Assembly: GCF_046119375.1 (NCBI RefSeq)
Contig: NW_027362771.1
Span: 459,358,001-459,422,000, forward strand
Length of the DNA: 64,000 nucleotides
Reading direction: 5' to 3'
Source of the DNA: Phyllobates terribilis
Lineage: Eukaryota
Below the pieces are notes generated by a model, which had not been told where the DNA came from, did no database searches, and saw nothing but the letters and a program-made list of their open reading frames with translations. This document shows positions 13,196-24,518 of the stretch, piece after piece. The position numbers were made by a program, and so were the translations under genes. Numbering within the stretch: position 1 is the first letter of the stretch; each line of letters opens with the position of its first letter.

Positions 13196-13274
13196 ATCCA
13201 GCATTGTTACTTTGGTTAAGTAGAGGCATTATTATTCCAGTGCCACCAACACTTCCAATGGACAAGGAAATAAG
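13196..13274 (+). CDS. Candidate host-gene exon
   Basis: Acceptor tttttgtgacag, donor AAG|gtgggt. Open frame PALLLWLSRGIIIPVPPTLPMDKEI (phase 1 to 2). Confidence 0.3.
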
Positions 13275-13607
13275 GTGGGTGATGGGGCCAGTACTGATTA
13301 TAAAGAACTAGAGTCTGGAGTGCTGTTAGGGTAGATTCACGCGACCGTGTTAAAAAAATCAGTAACAGAATTATCTGCGAAAGTGGGACGATTTTTTTCT
13401 TACATGTCATCTGCGTGCAATCGTTTTTTTTTTCTTTTTACAGCATATATTAATCACAAGACCATTTACAGTTTCCTATGTTACAGAATTGCAATAGATC
13501 TGTAGTAATTGGATGCTCTACTGCATACATGTCCACCTCTGGCCCGCAGGGTGATTACTGTATATTTGGCCCACGACACCAGAATCAGCACCCCTGTGTC
13601 CGTAAGT

Positions 13608-13750
13608 GGGGACATTATTCTGTATGGAGGACTATGTGAGGCCCATTATTCTGTATGGAGAACTATGTGGGGCCCTTTATTCTCTATAGAGGCTATGTGG
13701 GGCCCATTATTTTGTATGAAGGACTATGTAGGACCCATTATTCTGTATAC
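13608..13750. repeat. 30-31-bp minisatellite, ~4.5 copies
   Basis: Unit approximately CCCATTATTCTGTATGGAGGACTATGTGGGG. Confidence 0.8.
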
Positions 13751-14166
13751 AGGTTGGCCTGCAACTTTGTCCAAGTTTTTCCTTTTTTAGCCCTCTGTGT
13801 GTTTGAGTTTGACATCCCTGCTCTGCTGTGTCTCTGTGTGGCATCCAATTTATTTCTGGCACCCATAGACTCGAATAAGTCTCATACGATTTTTGGAGGA
13901 AAATCATGCATGCTGCAATTTTTTTCTCATGCAGATTCAGTTACTGAAAGAAATCAGCCATCTGCACCACCTCATTGAATAACATTGGTCTGAGTGCAAT
14001 TTTTGATCAATAGCATTTGGTCCAAAAATACTATCGTGTGCAAGAGCCCATACCATCATGGGACTTTAGGGAAAAGTTACTAAGTGCTATGTAATGGTAT
14101 TGCGATGGAAAAAAAGCATGATTTTTTTCACACAGAAATCTTTCTGACATACTGGCCAATGGACAT

Positions 14167-14825
14167 TACATTCATATAGTTCCCCATGGCTGGGTGTCCA
14201 TTAGCCGGGTCTCAGTCCTTCTCAGCCCTTATTCACATTACGTCACTTGACATATGGTAAGATTTTAATACTAAAGGTTAGGACCGTCCCGAATAGGGTC
14301 ACCTTGACAAGACGGGATGGCTTTTACGTTTTTTTGATCAAAATTATGTTAACTAAGTATCCTATATCATTTTCATGCACTGTTGCTATTTATTTATTTA
14401 TTTAGTGCAGAGTATTTGCTTATTTTGTTTTTATCCAAGATTTTGTCTGTTTAGTGGCCAATGTGAACATGCGCCTACATGCTGCATACACACCAACCTA
14501 TATTCCAGTTCATCTCTTTAGGTTTTTGTTTCAGGTTTTTTGTGCTTTGTATAAATAAGGGTGTGGCCTCCCTTTTCCTTGAGCTGGACAGTACATTCAT
14601 ATAGTTCCCCATGACTGGGTGTCTACTAGCCGGGTCTCAGTCCTTCTCAGCTCTTATTCACACATACATTATTAGACACATGCTAAGGTTTTAATATTAG
14701 ACGTTAGGACTGTCCCGAATAAGGTCACCTTGATGTAGTGAGATGGCTTTTACATTTTTTTTATCAAAATTATGTTAACTAAACACCCTATATTATTATC
14801 CTGCACTATTCCTATTTATTTACTG
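14167..14825. repeat. Diverged ~235-bp direct repeat, two copies 425 bp apart
   Basis: TACATTCATATAGTTCCCCATG...CCGGGTCTCAGTCCTTCTCAG...TCAAAATTATGTTAACTAA at 14167 and 14592. Confidence 0.8.
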
Positions 14826-15982
14826 CATGATATTTGCTTATTTTGTTTTTATCTTAGGTTACATCTCTGTATTTAGCCTGACTTATGAAGTACCGGTCTT
14901 CGGCCAGGTTCAGACAAGCATATTAAAAGTCATCTGGTTTCATTCAGAAATAAAACAGACATTCACATCCATAATCTCATCTGTCTATCATCCAGATGCC
15001 ATCCGTATCATCTTGATGTCTGTTTTTTACATCCGTATAATATCTGTATGGCCTCCGATTTTTATCTATCAATAAATAAAATTTACAAGATCAAACACAG
15101 TTTCTCATGTTAAGAGTTGCAACATATCTGCAAAAATTGGATGCAATATGGAAATACTTGACTAGGCAAGTCTCATCCGAAATAGAAAATACGGAAGAAG
15201 TCCATGGGAAATCCGTATTTATATATCAACATTTTAAAATTTACAAGACCAAAGACAGTTTCCTAGATTAATAATGGTAAATGTATCAGTAAAAATTGGA
15301 TGCAATTCGGATGAATTTTAAGGGGTCCAATTTTTTGTGAGCAGCCATAGACATGACTAGGCGAGCCTCACCTGATATAGAGAAGAGAATAGTGCATGCT
15401 GCAATTTTTGTCACACATACACTTGGTCCATGTGAAAAACCGTCATCTGAACAGCCCTATAGAAAAACATTGGTCCATGTGCTATTCAAATCTAACACCG
15501 AGAGCAAGCGTATATATAACACGCTCATGTGATTGAGCCCTTAGTAAAGTGCTGTGTTTTCCTGCCATTAATTAAGTCAATGTGGTCAATTGGTTAAATC
15601 AATATTTTATCAGATTTAGGCCAAGTTCACACATTCAGTATTTGGTCAATATTTTACCTTAGTATTTATAAGCCAAAGCCAGGAATAGAACAATCAGAGG
15701 AAAAGTATAATAGAAACACGTCACCACTTCTGTATTTATCACCCACTCCTGGTTTTGGCTTACAAATACTAATGTAAAAAATTGACCAAATACTGAATGT
15801 ATGAACATGGCCTTAGGGTTTTTTTTTTGCAGCTGTAACATTGGTGGCCTGTCATTAGAGTGGACCAACATACCTAATCGGCAGGGGAAGTTAGACCGCA
15901 ACCTATTAGCTGGAAAAAGTTGTCACCCCATTGTTTATCCAGACAAATATGTGCCTTAGATTTTCACTGTTCCTGGTCTTAA

Positions 15983-16606
15983 GGCCCCGTCACACTTAGC
16001 GACGCTGCAACGATCCCGACAACGATACGACCTGTCAGGGATCGTTGCTGTGTCGCTATGTGGTCGCTGGTGAGCTGTCAAACAGGCAGGCTAACCAGCG
16101 ATCAGGGGAGCAGAGACATTGTGGAAAGAATCTTTCCACGATGTCCTGCTCCTGGTTACCAGCCTGCTGAAGCAGGAGCAGGCTGGTAACCATGATAAAC
16201 AGCAGGTTACTAGGGGCACACGCGCACCTAGTAACCCGCTGTTTATCATGGTTACGAGCCTGCTACGGTGAGCGGGAGGTTACCGCTCACCGTAGCAGAG
16301 TGGTAACAATGATAAACAGCGAGTTACTAAGTGCGTGTGTGCCCCCAGTAACCCGCTGTTTATCATGGTTACTAGCCTGATCGCTGGTCCCGCTGGTCAC
16401 ACACAGCGATGTGTGCTGACCAGCGGGAGGGCAACGACCAAAAAAAGGTCCAGGACATTCTGCAGCGATCAGTGACCTCACAGCAGGGGCCTGATCGTTG
16501 CAAAGTGTCACACATAGCGACATCGCTGGTGAAGTCGCTGTTGCGTCACCAAAACCGTGACACAGCAGCGATCTCGCTAGCGATCTCGCTATGTGAGACG
16601 GAGGCT
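15983..16606. mobile_element. Harbinger/PIF-like MITE
   Basis: TIR GGCCCCGTCACAC / GTGAGACGGAGGCT; TAA on both sides; palindromic interior. Confidence 0.7.
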
Positions 16607-17666
16607 TAAGGCCTACTCAGTACAGAGTTATATTACCTGGCACGCAGCATCTATGTTAATGCACCTGGAGAAGAACTTAAATGTATAAGGTGCTCTCTTA
16701 TAATAAGTGATGGTGTGAGAAGTGGGACCCCCAACTGATAAAGTGTTGATAACCTGGTCTTAAGGCTGACAAACCATGTAAAAATGCATGAAAAGCAGGA
16801 ATTTTGGTGCGTTTTCCACACTAGTTTTTGTAATGCATTTCTGCTTCTGTTGATTTTGCAACCAAATGTGGAACTTTCTTTTTGTTTTAGGCAGAAACAC
16901 ATGTTGCATTTTTTCACACTAATAAAAGTAAAACAAAGCAAAACAGTTCAAATGGCACTTTGAGCACTATAGGTATGTTTCCCTATTGAAATCAACATGC
17001 ATTTGAAGACGTTTTATGTAGATTTTGAAGCAGAATCTGATCCAAAATCCATGGAATAAAACCTCTGTTGGAACATACCCTAAAAGGTCATACAGCAGAT
17101 CTGGCGGCCCAATTTTACACTAGCCGTCTGTCAATTAGCTATTTGTTTGCCGGTTGGCTGTCATTTAATATTGAAAAAAGAGTCAAAGGAATACCAGCTC
17201 ACCTTTTGCAGAGGCTTACTTTGATTCATGGCACAGACAACACTTCCTTGTAAATGTTAACAGTAGAAACAAATGTGAATATTCCAGCCAACTGACAAAA
17301 ACTTCTTCACTGTTTTTTTATCAGCATTTTTTAAAATTCAGAAAACACAAACCATATAGAAAGTGTTGCAGAAAGAAATCACTGAATTTACCAACATGCC
17401 TGTGAGTGGCCACCGATAGAGCCGCTCACAGGCATTATTAGCAACAGAAAGTATTTACCATAAGTCTTAGGGGCCCGGGGGGATACATTGGGGGGGGGGG
17501 GGATAAAGTAGTGGACAACTTCTTTAACAACATGAATGATACTGGAAACCATGTCAACTGACATGTCTAATTCATGAGCTATAACACTAACTTTAAAACG
17601 CCGTTCTTCCAAAATCATGGTCTCCACCTTATGGCACATTTGCTCTGAAGATGCTTCCACAGGTCG

Positions 17667-18667
17667 TGACGCGCCCCTGGGCCTGTGTCGCGCTGCTTTG
17701 CGCACGCGGGAGCTTACCCGGAGCCGGATCTTTTGAGGGTTGTAGTCTCGTGGCGGTGACCCGGTCCGTGCCCAGGGAGTCAAACTGAGCGGCGATGTAT
17801 CAGCGGTAGATGTTGGACGACTACGCCACCCGTTGAGTACAGCTAAGAAGCTGCTGCTGCAGGGCAGACCGCTGAGGCCGGTGGTAGGATTGTGCAGCGT
17901 GATAGTATAACCCCCAACGGGAGGGGTATGGCCTCAGGGCAGCCGACGTGGATGATGGGGGTAGCAGGAACCACTCGGAGACGGTACGGTGTAGTTCAGG
18001 GTCTTTACTGGTGACAAAGATAGACCCTCCCGGAGTACTGGCTAGCGATTGGGGCCTGGTCAGTCCTTGAGCAGATGGGATCTCCCCTGGCCAGGCGGAG
18101 TTGTAGGCCTCCCAAACTAACTGTACTCTTCTGGCTACCTTGCTAGAGGCTGGTATAAGTAGCCCACGTCCCTCAGTGTACCGTGTGGTGCTCACCCGTA
18201 TGGCCGGTGACTCGAGGCCTTCTAGTAGCTTCCGCTCCACGACGGCGGTGCTGGTCCCATGCGTGTGACCGTGCCTTCGGGTTTCTTGGCCAGAGGACCT
18301 GGAATCCCCTGCCTGACGGATTCTGCTGCTGGGTAGGAGTTAGTCCCCACAGCCTCGGACTCCGGGTCCGGTAAGAAATCTTCTCAGTCAGGGCGAGCTC
18401 TGCAGCTGCCAGCCCCTGACTCCTTGTAACACTGCTCCCACAGAGCTCCTGATGTTCTGTTCCTATATTTGCTTCTTTTCTCTGTCTCTACTTCTTCTCT
18501 ACTCACTAACCCTGCCTCAGCCCCAGTTTTATATAGGGGAAGTTCTTCCCCTCCCAGGACTGTGCAGGAGGTGTGGCATGCATAGGATTCCTGACCAAGA
18601 GACCTCCCACCTGCTCTCAGACGTAATATCTCTATCACTGTGGCAACCAGACCCCTGGGGTGTCACA
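17667..18667 (-). repeat. 3' LTR
   Basis: Direct repeat of 24519-25519 (offset 6852); TG...CA termini. Confidence 0.95.
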
Positions 18668-18677
18668 TTCCCCCCTA
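18668..18677 (-). other. Polypurine tract
   Basis: TAGGGGGGAA immediately upstream of the 3' LTR start TGTGAC on the minus strand. Confidence 0.85.
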
Positions 18678-19022
18678 GTGAAATTTAGTACTCCGGGACT
18701 AAACATATTTTAGAAAAACATAACAAGATATAACAATAACAATACAATAAAGAAACACATAAAGGTGGTCACGGCATGTCCGTTACCGGGTGCAGTCTTT
18801 GAAGAAAGCAAGGTGTCCATTTCACCAAAACAGGGAGACGTAACCAGGTAGGGGTCTGTCCTGCCCCGAGTCCTTAACAGTCTTTAGTCCGTCCTGGGTT
18901 ACACTCCAACTATGTACACAGGATTCCCGGTAAATCCACCAAGGACTCCTAAAAATAACTAGAAACACATAATTATTTACAAGTAACAGACAGGTGACCA
19001 CAAATAAAACAATTTAAACACT

Positions 19023-20264
19023 TCAAATCCTCCAACGTGCGGGTAACTGGCCTCTAGTGGCCCTAGTGGACCTACGGAGCTGACTGTCTGGCCCTGAACT
19101 ACAGGGTGTAGGAGCTGTCAAGGGTAAACTGGGCAGCTGTTTACGGGCTCTTTGGCTCACTAGGGATATGGCAGGCTCACTGCAAGCAGAGGGTTGATCC
19201 TCCTGATCTGCTGGTGTGGGGTCTTCTGCCTCCTGGACCGGCTGTTCTTCCAGCTCTACCTGTTGCTCCGTAGGTGCTTGAGATGCTGGTTGGAGGAAGG
19301 TGAGTACGGGTACCACAACTGCACCATTGACTTGAGTCCAAGACCGAGGGAAGTCTCCGAGCACAGTACTAACCATATCTTCCCTTTCCTCTACGGGTCG
19401 ATGGTCTTCTTGTTCCTCTTCAGGGTTCCGTAGCTGTTCAGGACACTTCTTCAGGTGATCCCGGGATACAATGGCTGTGGTCTCCCCTCCGTCTTTACTG
19501 ATGGTACAGACCTTCGGGTTCTCGTGGCTTGAGGGCAGTACGGTGTACGGGTCCTTCTCCCACTGGTCGTCCAACTTGTGGAGCCGTCTTTTCCTCTTCA
19601 AGACCTGCTCTCCGGGCACCAGGGGAACAGCGGGAGCATACTGGTTGTAAGTTTTCTCTTGTCTCTCCCTAGCCTGACAGAGAATTCGCTACACGCTCTC
19701 CTGTACTTTCCGGTACTGCTGCTGCCTCTCTGTGTCCCAGTCTGCTTCTGGTGAAGTGTCCTCGGGTGTCAGGACTCCCATTTCCAGGTCAACAGGTAAC
19801 TTACCAGGTCTCGCCCTCATTAGGTAAGCCGGGGTACAGTTGGTGGAACCTACCGGGATGTGGTTGTATAGGTCCACCAGATCGGGCAGCTTCTCAGGCC
19901 ACAGACTGCGTTCTTCCAGGGGCAACGTTTTCAGAAGATCCATTACCACCTGGTTCATTTTCTCACAAAGTCCATTAGTTTGCGGATGATAGGGTGTCGT
20001 CCTTATCTTCCGGCAGCCATACAGATTGCAGAATTCCTGGAAGACCTCCGCTTCAAAGGCAGGACCCTGGTCCGTCAGCACTTGGTCCGGGTACCCGTGT
20101 GGATGGCAGAAGTGCTGCTGGAAGGCTCTAGCTGCTGTTTGAGCCGTTAAGTCCTTGACGGGGACGACAACCAAGAACCGGGAGTAATGATCCACGATGG
20201 TTAACGCGTAGACGTAGCCACTTCTGCTTGGGGTCAGTTTTACATGATCCAAGGCTACCAGTTC
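19023..20264 (-). pseudogene. Integrase core and C-terminal tail, out of frame with pol and carrying one nonsense codon
   Basis: ELVALDH...VDHYSR...LTDQG...HPQTNGLCEKMN (DDE core). In-frame TAG at 19689-91; frame then continues to 19023. Confidence 0.9.
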
Positions 20265-23242
20265 TTCTGGCTGGCACGGTCCTTCCTTCTTAGGTTGCAC
20301 GGGCCACAGTCTCTGCACCACCTCTCGATAGTTCCCCTCATGCCTACCCAGTGGAACCGCCCGCGCAGCAGGAACTCCAACTTCTTCCATCCGAAGTGTC
20401 CAGCCCCGTCGTGGTATGCCTCCATCACCATGGCTGCGTCTCTTCGTGGCACCACTACTTGCCAGATTAGTTCATGCGTCCGGGAGTTAACCATTCTGCG
20501 GCACAACTTCCCCTTGTAAAGGAACAGTCGACTCTTCTCAGCCCACAGTTGTTTGGCTTCCTCCGGAGCGTCTGGGTCAAGGCGAGCCTCTGGCCGAGTC
20601 AGCATCTCCTTCACCAGTCGGACGGCAGGGTCACTGTCTTGCGTTTCCTCCCAGTTGTAGTGAGGCAAGGGGTTAAACGTAGCGGCTTGCTTACTCCTTA
20701 CCCGATGGGAATACTGGATAGTCCCATGACGGTGGAACGCGGGGAGTTCGACTTCTTCCAGTCCCTCTGGATCTTCTCCTACGTCCGGTAGGTTTGGCAT
20801 CCTGGACAGGGCGTACGCGTTGGTATTGGAGCGTCCTGCCCGGTATTTGATTCTGAACTCGTAGTTGGACAGACGGGCCATCCATCTCTGCTTTAGGGCA
20901 CCGAGTCTTGCCGTGTCCAGGTGTGTCAACGGGTTGTTATCCGTGTACACGACGAACCGGGAAGAAGCGAGGTAGTGCTTAAAGCGTTCCGTGACTGCCC
21001 ACACCACTGCCAGGAACTCTAGCTTAAATGAGCTGTAATTCTCAGGGTTTCTTTCGGTGGGTCGCAGTTTTCGGCTGGCGTAAGCGATTACTCGCTCTTT
21101 CCCCTGCTGGATCTGGGACAGCACGGCTCCTAGCCCGATGTTACTTGCGTCGGTGTAGAGGATAAAGGGCTGGCTGTAATCCGGGTACGCCAGGATTTCA
21201 TCCCCCGTGAGGGCCATCTTCAGCTGGCGGAAGGACTCTTCTTCCAACTTCTCCCATCTGAAGGGCGGCTTCTGGTTCTTGGCCTTCCGGGACTGGCCTA
21301 TCAGGAGGTCCTGCATAGGAGCTGCCTTTTTGGTGAAACCGGGGATGAACCTGCGGTAATAGCCTACCAACCCGAGGAACTGCCGCACTTCCTTTACACT
21401 GGAGGGACTTGGCCATTCCTTAATTGCGGTGATCTTATCAGGGTCGGGAGCCACTCCGTCAGCGCTCACCACGTGTCCCAGGTACTGCACCTTTGGTTTC
21501 AGGAGGTGACACTTGGAGGGTTTCACCTTTAGGCCGTAGCTTGCCAGAGCTTCGAACACTTCCGCCAGGTGTTTCAGGTGGTCCTCATAAGTCTTAGAAT
21601 ATACGATGACATCGTCCAGGTACAACAGGACCGTCTCGAAGTTTCTGTGGCCCAGACAGCACTCCATTAATCGTTGGAAGGTTCCCGGTGCGTTGCAGAG
21701 TCCGAACGGCATACTGGTAAACTCGCTAAGTCCCATCGGGGTGGTGAATGCGGTCTTCTCCCGGTCCGCCTCTGCTACAGGAACCTGCCAGTACCCACTA
21801 GTGAGATCCAAGGTAGAGAAGAAGTTAGCAGATCTTAAAGCAGCCAAAGACTCCTCTATCCTTGGTAAGGGGTACGCATCCTTGTGTGTGATACGGTTGA
21901 TTTTCCGGTAATCTACACACATCCTCATGGTATTGTCTTTCTTTTTGACTAAGACTAGTGGAGCTGCCCAGGGGCTACAGCTATCCCTGATCACCCCAGC
22001 CTCCTTCATGTCTCTAAGCATCCCCTTGGCGTGTTGGTAGTGTGCAGGGGGTACGGGTCGATACCTCTCTTTTATGGGAGGATGGTCTCCCGTGGGGATG
22101 TGGTGTTCTACCCCCTTGACTCGCCCGAAGTCTAACGGGTGTTTACTAAACACTCTCTCGTACTCTTGAACCACCCGATAGACTCCCTGTTTCTGGTGTG
22201 AGGGAGTGGAGTCAGTACCCAAATGTAGTTGCTGACACCAGTCCTCCATTGTTTTCTTAGAGCCGTTACCTTCCTCCGGGTGAGATGGAGGCAAGGGTTC
22301 CACAGATTGTATAGCATTTTGGTTAATGGTATATAATTTGGCTAGCGTGGCATACCGGGGCAGGTACACTTCCCTCTTCCCGATATTGATTATGCGAACG
22401 GGCACCCTCCCATGGCGTACATTAACCACCCCCCGTGCTGTCAAGATGGTGGGCCTACTGTCTGAGTAAACTGGTTCTACCATTGCCTGGTAATCTCTAC
22501 CTCTCAGACCAATAGCTGCCCGGCACCAAATCATCATTTCACTTTTTGGGGGCATGGCAATAGGGAAAGGGTCACACATTCTCACGCTACCAATCTCACC
22601 GCCGGAGAGTTCCACCTGTTGCCGTCGCATCAGTGCCCGGATCTCTTTTTGGAGCACTCGCTGCTCGCCGGAGCTGGCGTTCTTGGCAACCTGCTGTAAA
22701 AGGAAAATCACCTCTGCAAGACAATTTTCGATTACATTAGTTCCTAGAGTTATCTTTGGGTGACTCTCGTGTTTGTCAATGTCTACAATGATCAGTCCCT
22801 GTGCTGCCAGTTCGACTCTACCGATTTTAATGGTCACCTCTTTAAATCCAATCTGTGGCACGGGCTGACCATTGCTGGCGATGATACTCAAGTCGTCGTC
22901 AGGGTAGCGGGTGATATCCGAGTCATTCCAGTACTGCTTGAAGAGCACGTACGGGATGGTGGTGACCTGTGACCCGGTGTCCAGTAGGGCACTCATAGGA
23001 ATGCCATCCAGTACCACGGGTAAGACTGGACGTCCTCCCACATATTTGTCGCGCCAGTTCGATGGGCCTGGTGATCTTTTTCCTGGGGGTTGGCCCTCTA
23101 CCCCAGGTTGTGCCAGTTTAAAGGACAGTACCTTGCCATATGTCCGGGTTGATTGCAGCGGCGGCAGATGGGTCGTCCGTCCTCGTTGTATCGGTCGCTG
23201 GGTCTTCCTCTGGCCGGTGGGGTCCTCCTTGGTCGACGCCAC
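20255..23242 (-). CDS. pol: Pol: protease, reverse transcriptase, RNase H, integrase HHCC domain
   Basis: ALLDTGS, MPFGLCNAP, YLDD, YTDAS, YTDNNPL, H-x4-H...C-x2-C. Confidence 0.95.
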   Translation of the reverse strand: MASTKEDPTGQRKTQRPIQRGRTTHLPPLQSTRTYGKVLSFKLAQPGVEGQPPGKRSPGPSNWRDKYVGGRPVLPVVLDGIPMSALLDTGSQVTTIPYVLFKQYWNDSDITRYPDDDLSIIASNGQPVPQIGFKEVTIKIGRVELAAQGLIIVDIDKHESHPKITLGTNVIENCLAEVIFLLQQVAKNASSGEQRVLQKEIRALMRRQQVELSGGEIGSVRMCDPFPIAMPPKSEMMIWCRAAIGLRGRDYQAMVEPVYSDSRPTILTARGVVNVRHGRVPVRIINIGKREVYLPRYATLAKLYTINQNAIQSVEPLPPSHPEEGNGSKKTMEDWCQQLHLGTDSTPSHQKQGVYRVVQEYERVFSKHPLDFGRVKGVEHHIPTGDHPPIKERYRPVPPAHYQHAKGMLRDMKEAGVIRDSCSPWAAPLVLVKKKDNTMRMCVDYRKINRITHKDAYPLPRIEESLAALRSANFFSTLDLTSGYWQVPVAEADREKTAFTTPMGLSEFTSMPFGLCNAPGTFQRLMECCLGHRNFETVLLYLDDVIVYSKTYEDHLKHLAEVFEALASYGLKVKPSKCHLLKPKVQYLGHVVSADGVAPDPDKITAIKEWPSPSSVKEVRQFLGLVGYYRRFIPGFTKKAAPMQDLLIGQSRKAKNQKPPFRWEKLEEESFRQLKMALTGDEILAYPDYSQPFILYTDASNIGLGAVLSQIQQGKERVIAYASRKLRPTERNPENYSSFKLEFLAVVWAVTERFKHYLASSRFVVYTDNNPLTHLDTARLGALKQRWMARLSNYEFRIKYRAGRSNTNAYALSRMPNLPDVGEDPEGLEEVELPAFHRHGTIQYSHRVRSKQAATFNPLPHYNWEETQDSDPAVRLVKEMLTRPEARLDPDAPEEAKQLWAEKSRLFLYKGKLCRRMVNSRTHELIWQVVVPRRDAAMVMEAYHDGAGHFGWKKLEFLLRGRFHWVGMRGTIERWCRDCGPCNLRRKDRASQKNW

Positions 23243-24078
23243 GGGATGTCCTCCGGTCCGGATGCCAGCTGGATCTTCCCTGGAGTGGAAACCTGTAAAG
23301 ACTGCACAGTTCGGGTTAGCGCAGCAACGCTTTTAGCTAGCTCTTGGACCTGATGGTGCAGGTCTGGAGCCGGGTCATTGTTCAAAGCCTGCGCATCAGC
23401 TCCCACAGGCCCTGCCGACAAGGGTGCCGCCTCCTGGTGGTAAGTGGTAGTGGGGCGTCTGTGGGTCACAACGCCACCTGGTGCCGGTTCTCGGAGCACC
23501 CGGATGGCTCTGTCCTTGAACTGTGCAAATCCCAGATGAGGGTCCTGTAAGGCCATTGCCCGCAACTGGGTTCGGTGGGCATTACAATATAAACCCTCTA
23601 TAAATTGTTCAGTCAACAGCCTGTCCTCGTCTCCCACGCCGTCAGGGTCGGTCTGCTTAATGGCTCTCAGGGCCTCTTGTAGGTTCAGGGCATAGTCCCT
23701 TATACTCTCGTGTGCTCGCTGCTTGCACCCGTAGAATCTAAGCTTGATCTCGGCTGAGGTGCGGGTATCAAAGGTGTCCCTCAGCCGGGTTAGTATCCCT
23801 GCGACAGTCCTCCCCCCAGGTGGCCAGGACTTTACCTCCCTTCGGGCTGCCCCAGTTAATTGGGCCACCAGGATGCTCACTTTTTGCTCTTCTGTGAGGC
23901 GGTACACCTGGAAGAGGCTATCCAGCTTTTCTCTAAAGTCATGCAGGGTATGTGACTCCCCTGAGTACTGGGGTAGCCAGGCCGCTCCCGGGATATAGGG
24001 CATGGTGAAAGGCATGACTGCAGCAGCGGTGGCGCTGGCGGGGGTTGAGGCAGTGAAGCTCTCCTCCGTATCCGACAT
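23098..24078 (-). CDS. gag: Gag (326 aa) with CCHC zinc knuckle
   Basis: CRRCNQPGHMARYC (CX2CX4HX4C); lies between the PBS and pol. Confidence 0.93.
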   Translation of the reverse strand: MSDTEESFTASTPASATAAAVMPFTMPYIPGAAWLPQYSGESHTLHDFREKLDSLFQVYRLTEEQKVSILVAQLTGAARREVKSWPPGGRTVAGILTRLRDTFDTRTSAEIKLRFYGCKQRAHESIRDYALNLQEALRAIKQTDPDGVGDEDRLLTEQFIEGLYCNAHRTQLRAMALQDPHLGFAQFKDRAIRVLREPAPGGVVTHRRPTTTYHQEAAPLSAGPVGADAQALNNDPAPDLHHQVQELAKSVAALTRTVQSLQVSTPGKIQLASGPEDIPWRRPRRTPPARGRPSDRYNEDGRPICRRCNQPGHMARYCPLNWHNLG

Positions 24079-24495
24079 CCTCCTCCCCCCTAGTGGACCG
24101 TGGCCTACCTTGCGATGATCCTCTTCCGTAGGCCGCGGCTCCGCAGTAGATCGTCAGGGTTGAGGACCTTCTGTCGCGCTCCTGTGACGTCGGCGTCTGC
24201 TGGGCTCCTTCCAGGACCTTACGCGACGTCCGGACGTGAGGCGGGGCTTCAGTTCTCGCGCGCTTTCGGAGTCCACGCCCCTCTTCTTCCCGCGCGACGT
24301 CTTCAAGATGGCGTCCAACGGCGGGAAAACTCCACGGAAGGCGGGAAGAAGGCTGAAAATGGCGCCGGATGGCGGGAATCTTCACCGATGGCGGGAAGAA
24401 GGCTGAAGATGGCGCCGGATGGCGGGAATCTTCACCACAGGTAAGTTTGAACAGTCTTTTTCAGGCACGCAGTACCCGGTGGTTGCGGGCACGAT

Positions 24496-24513
24496 ATTCT
24501 GCCGACTACGCCA
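24496..24513 (-). other. Primer-binding site, tRNA-Ser
   Basis: TGGCGTAGTCGGCAGAAT, 5 nt from the LTR; complementary (1 mismatch) to the vertebrate tRNA-Ser(AGA/TGA) 3' end ...ATCCTGCCGACTACG-CCA (recalled). Confidence 0.85.
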
Positions 24514-24518
24514 AAAGT

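Noticed and set aside
17821-18240. 139-aa ORF repeated at 24673-25092, with variants in the 32076 element
   Set aside because: Lies inside GC-rich LTRs and is duplicated only because LTRs are duplicated. The frame is not conserved in the sister LTR.
19023-19619. env-like or separate third ORF, or chromodomain
   Set aside because: In frame with integrase across a single stop codon. Low-complexity integrase tail with no signal peptide, TM segment or chromodomain motif.
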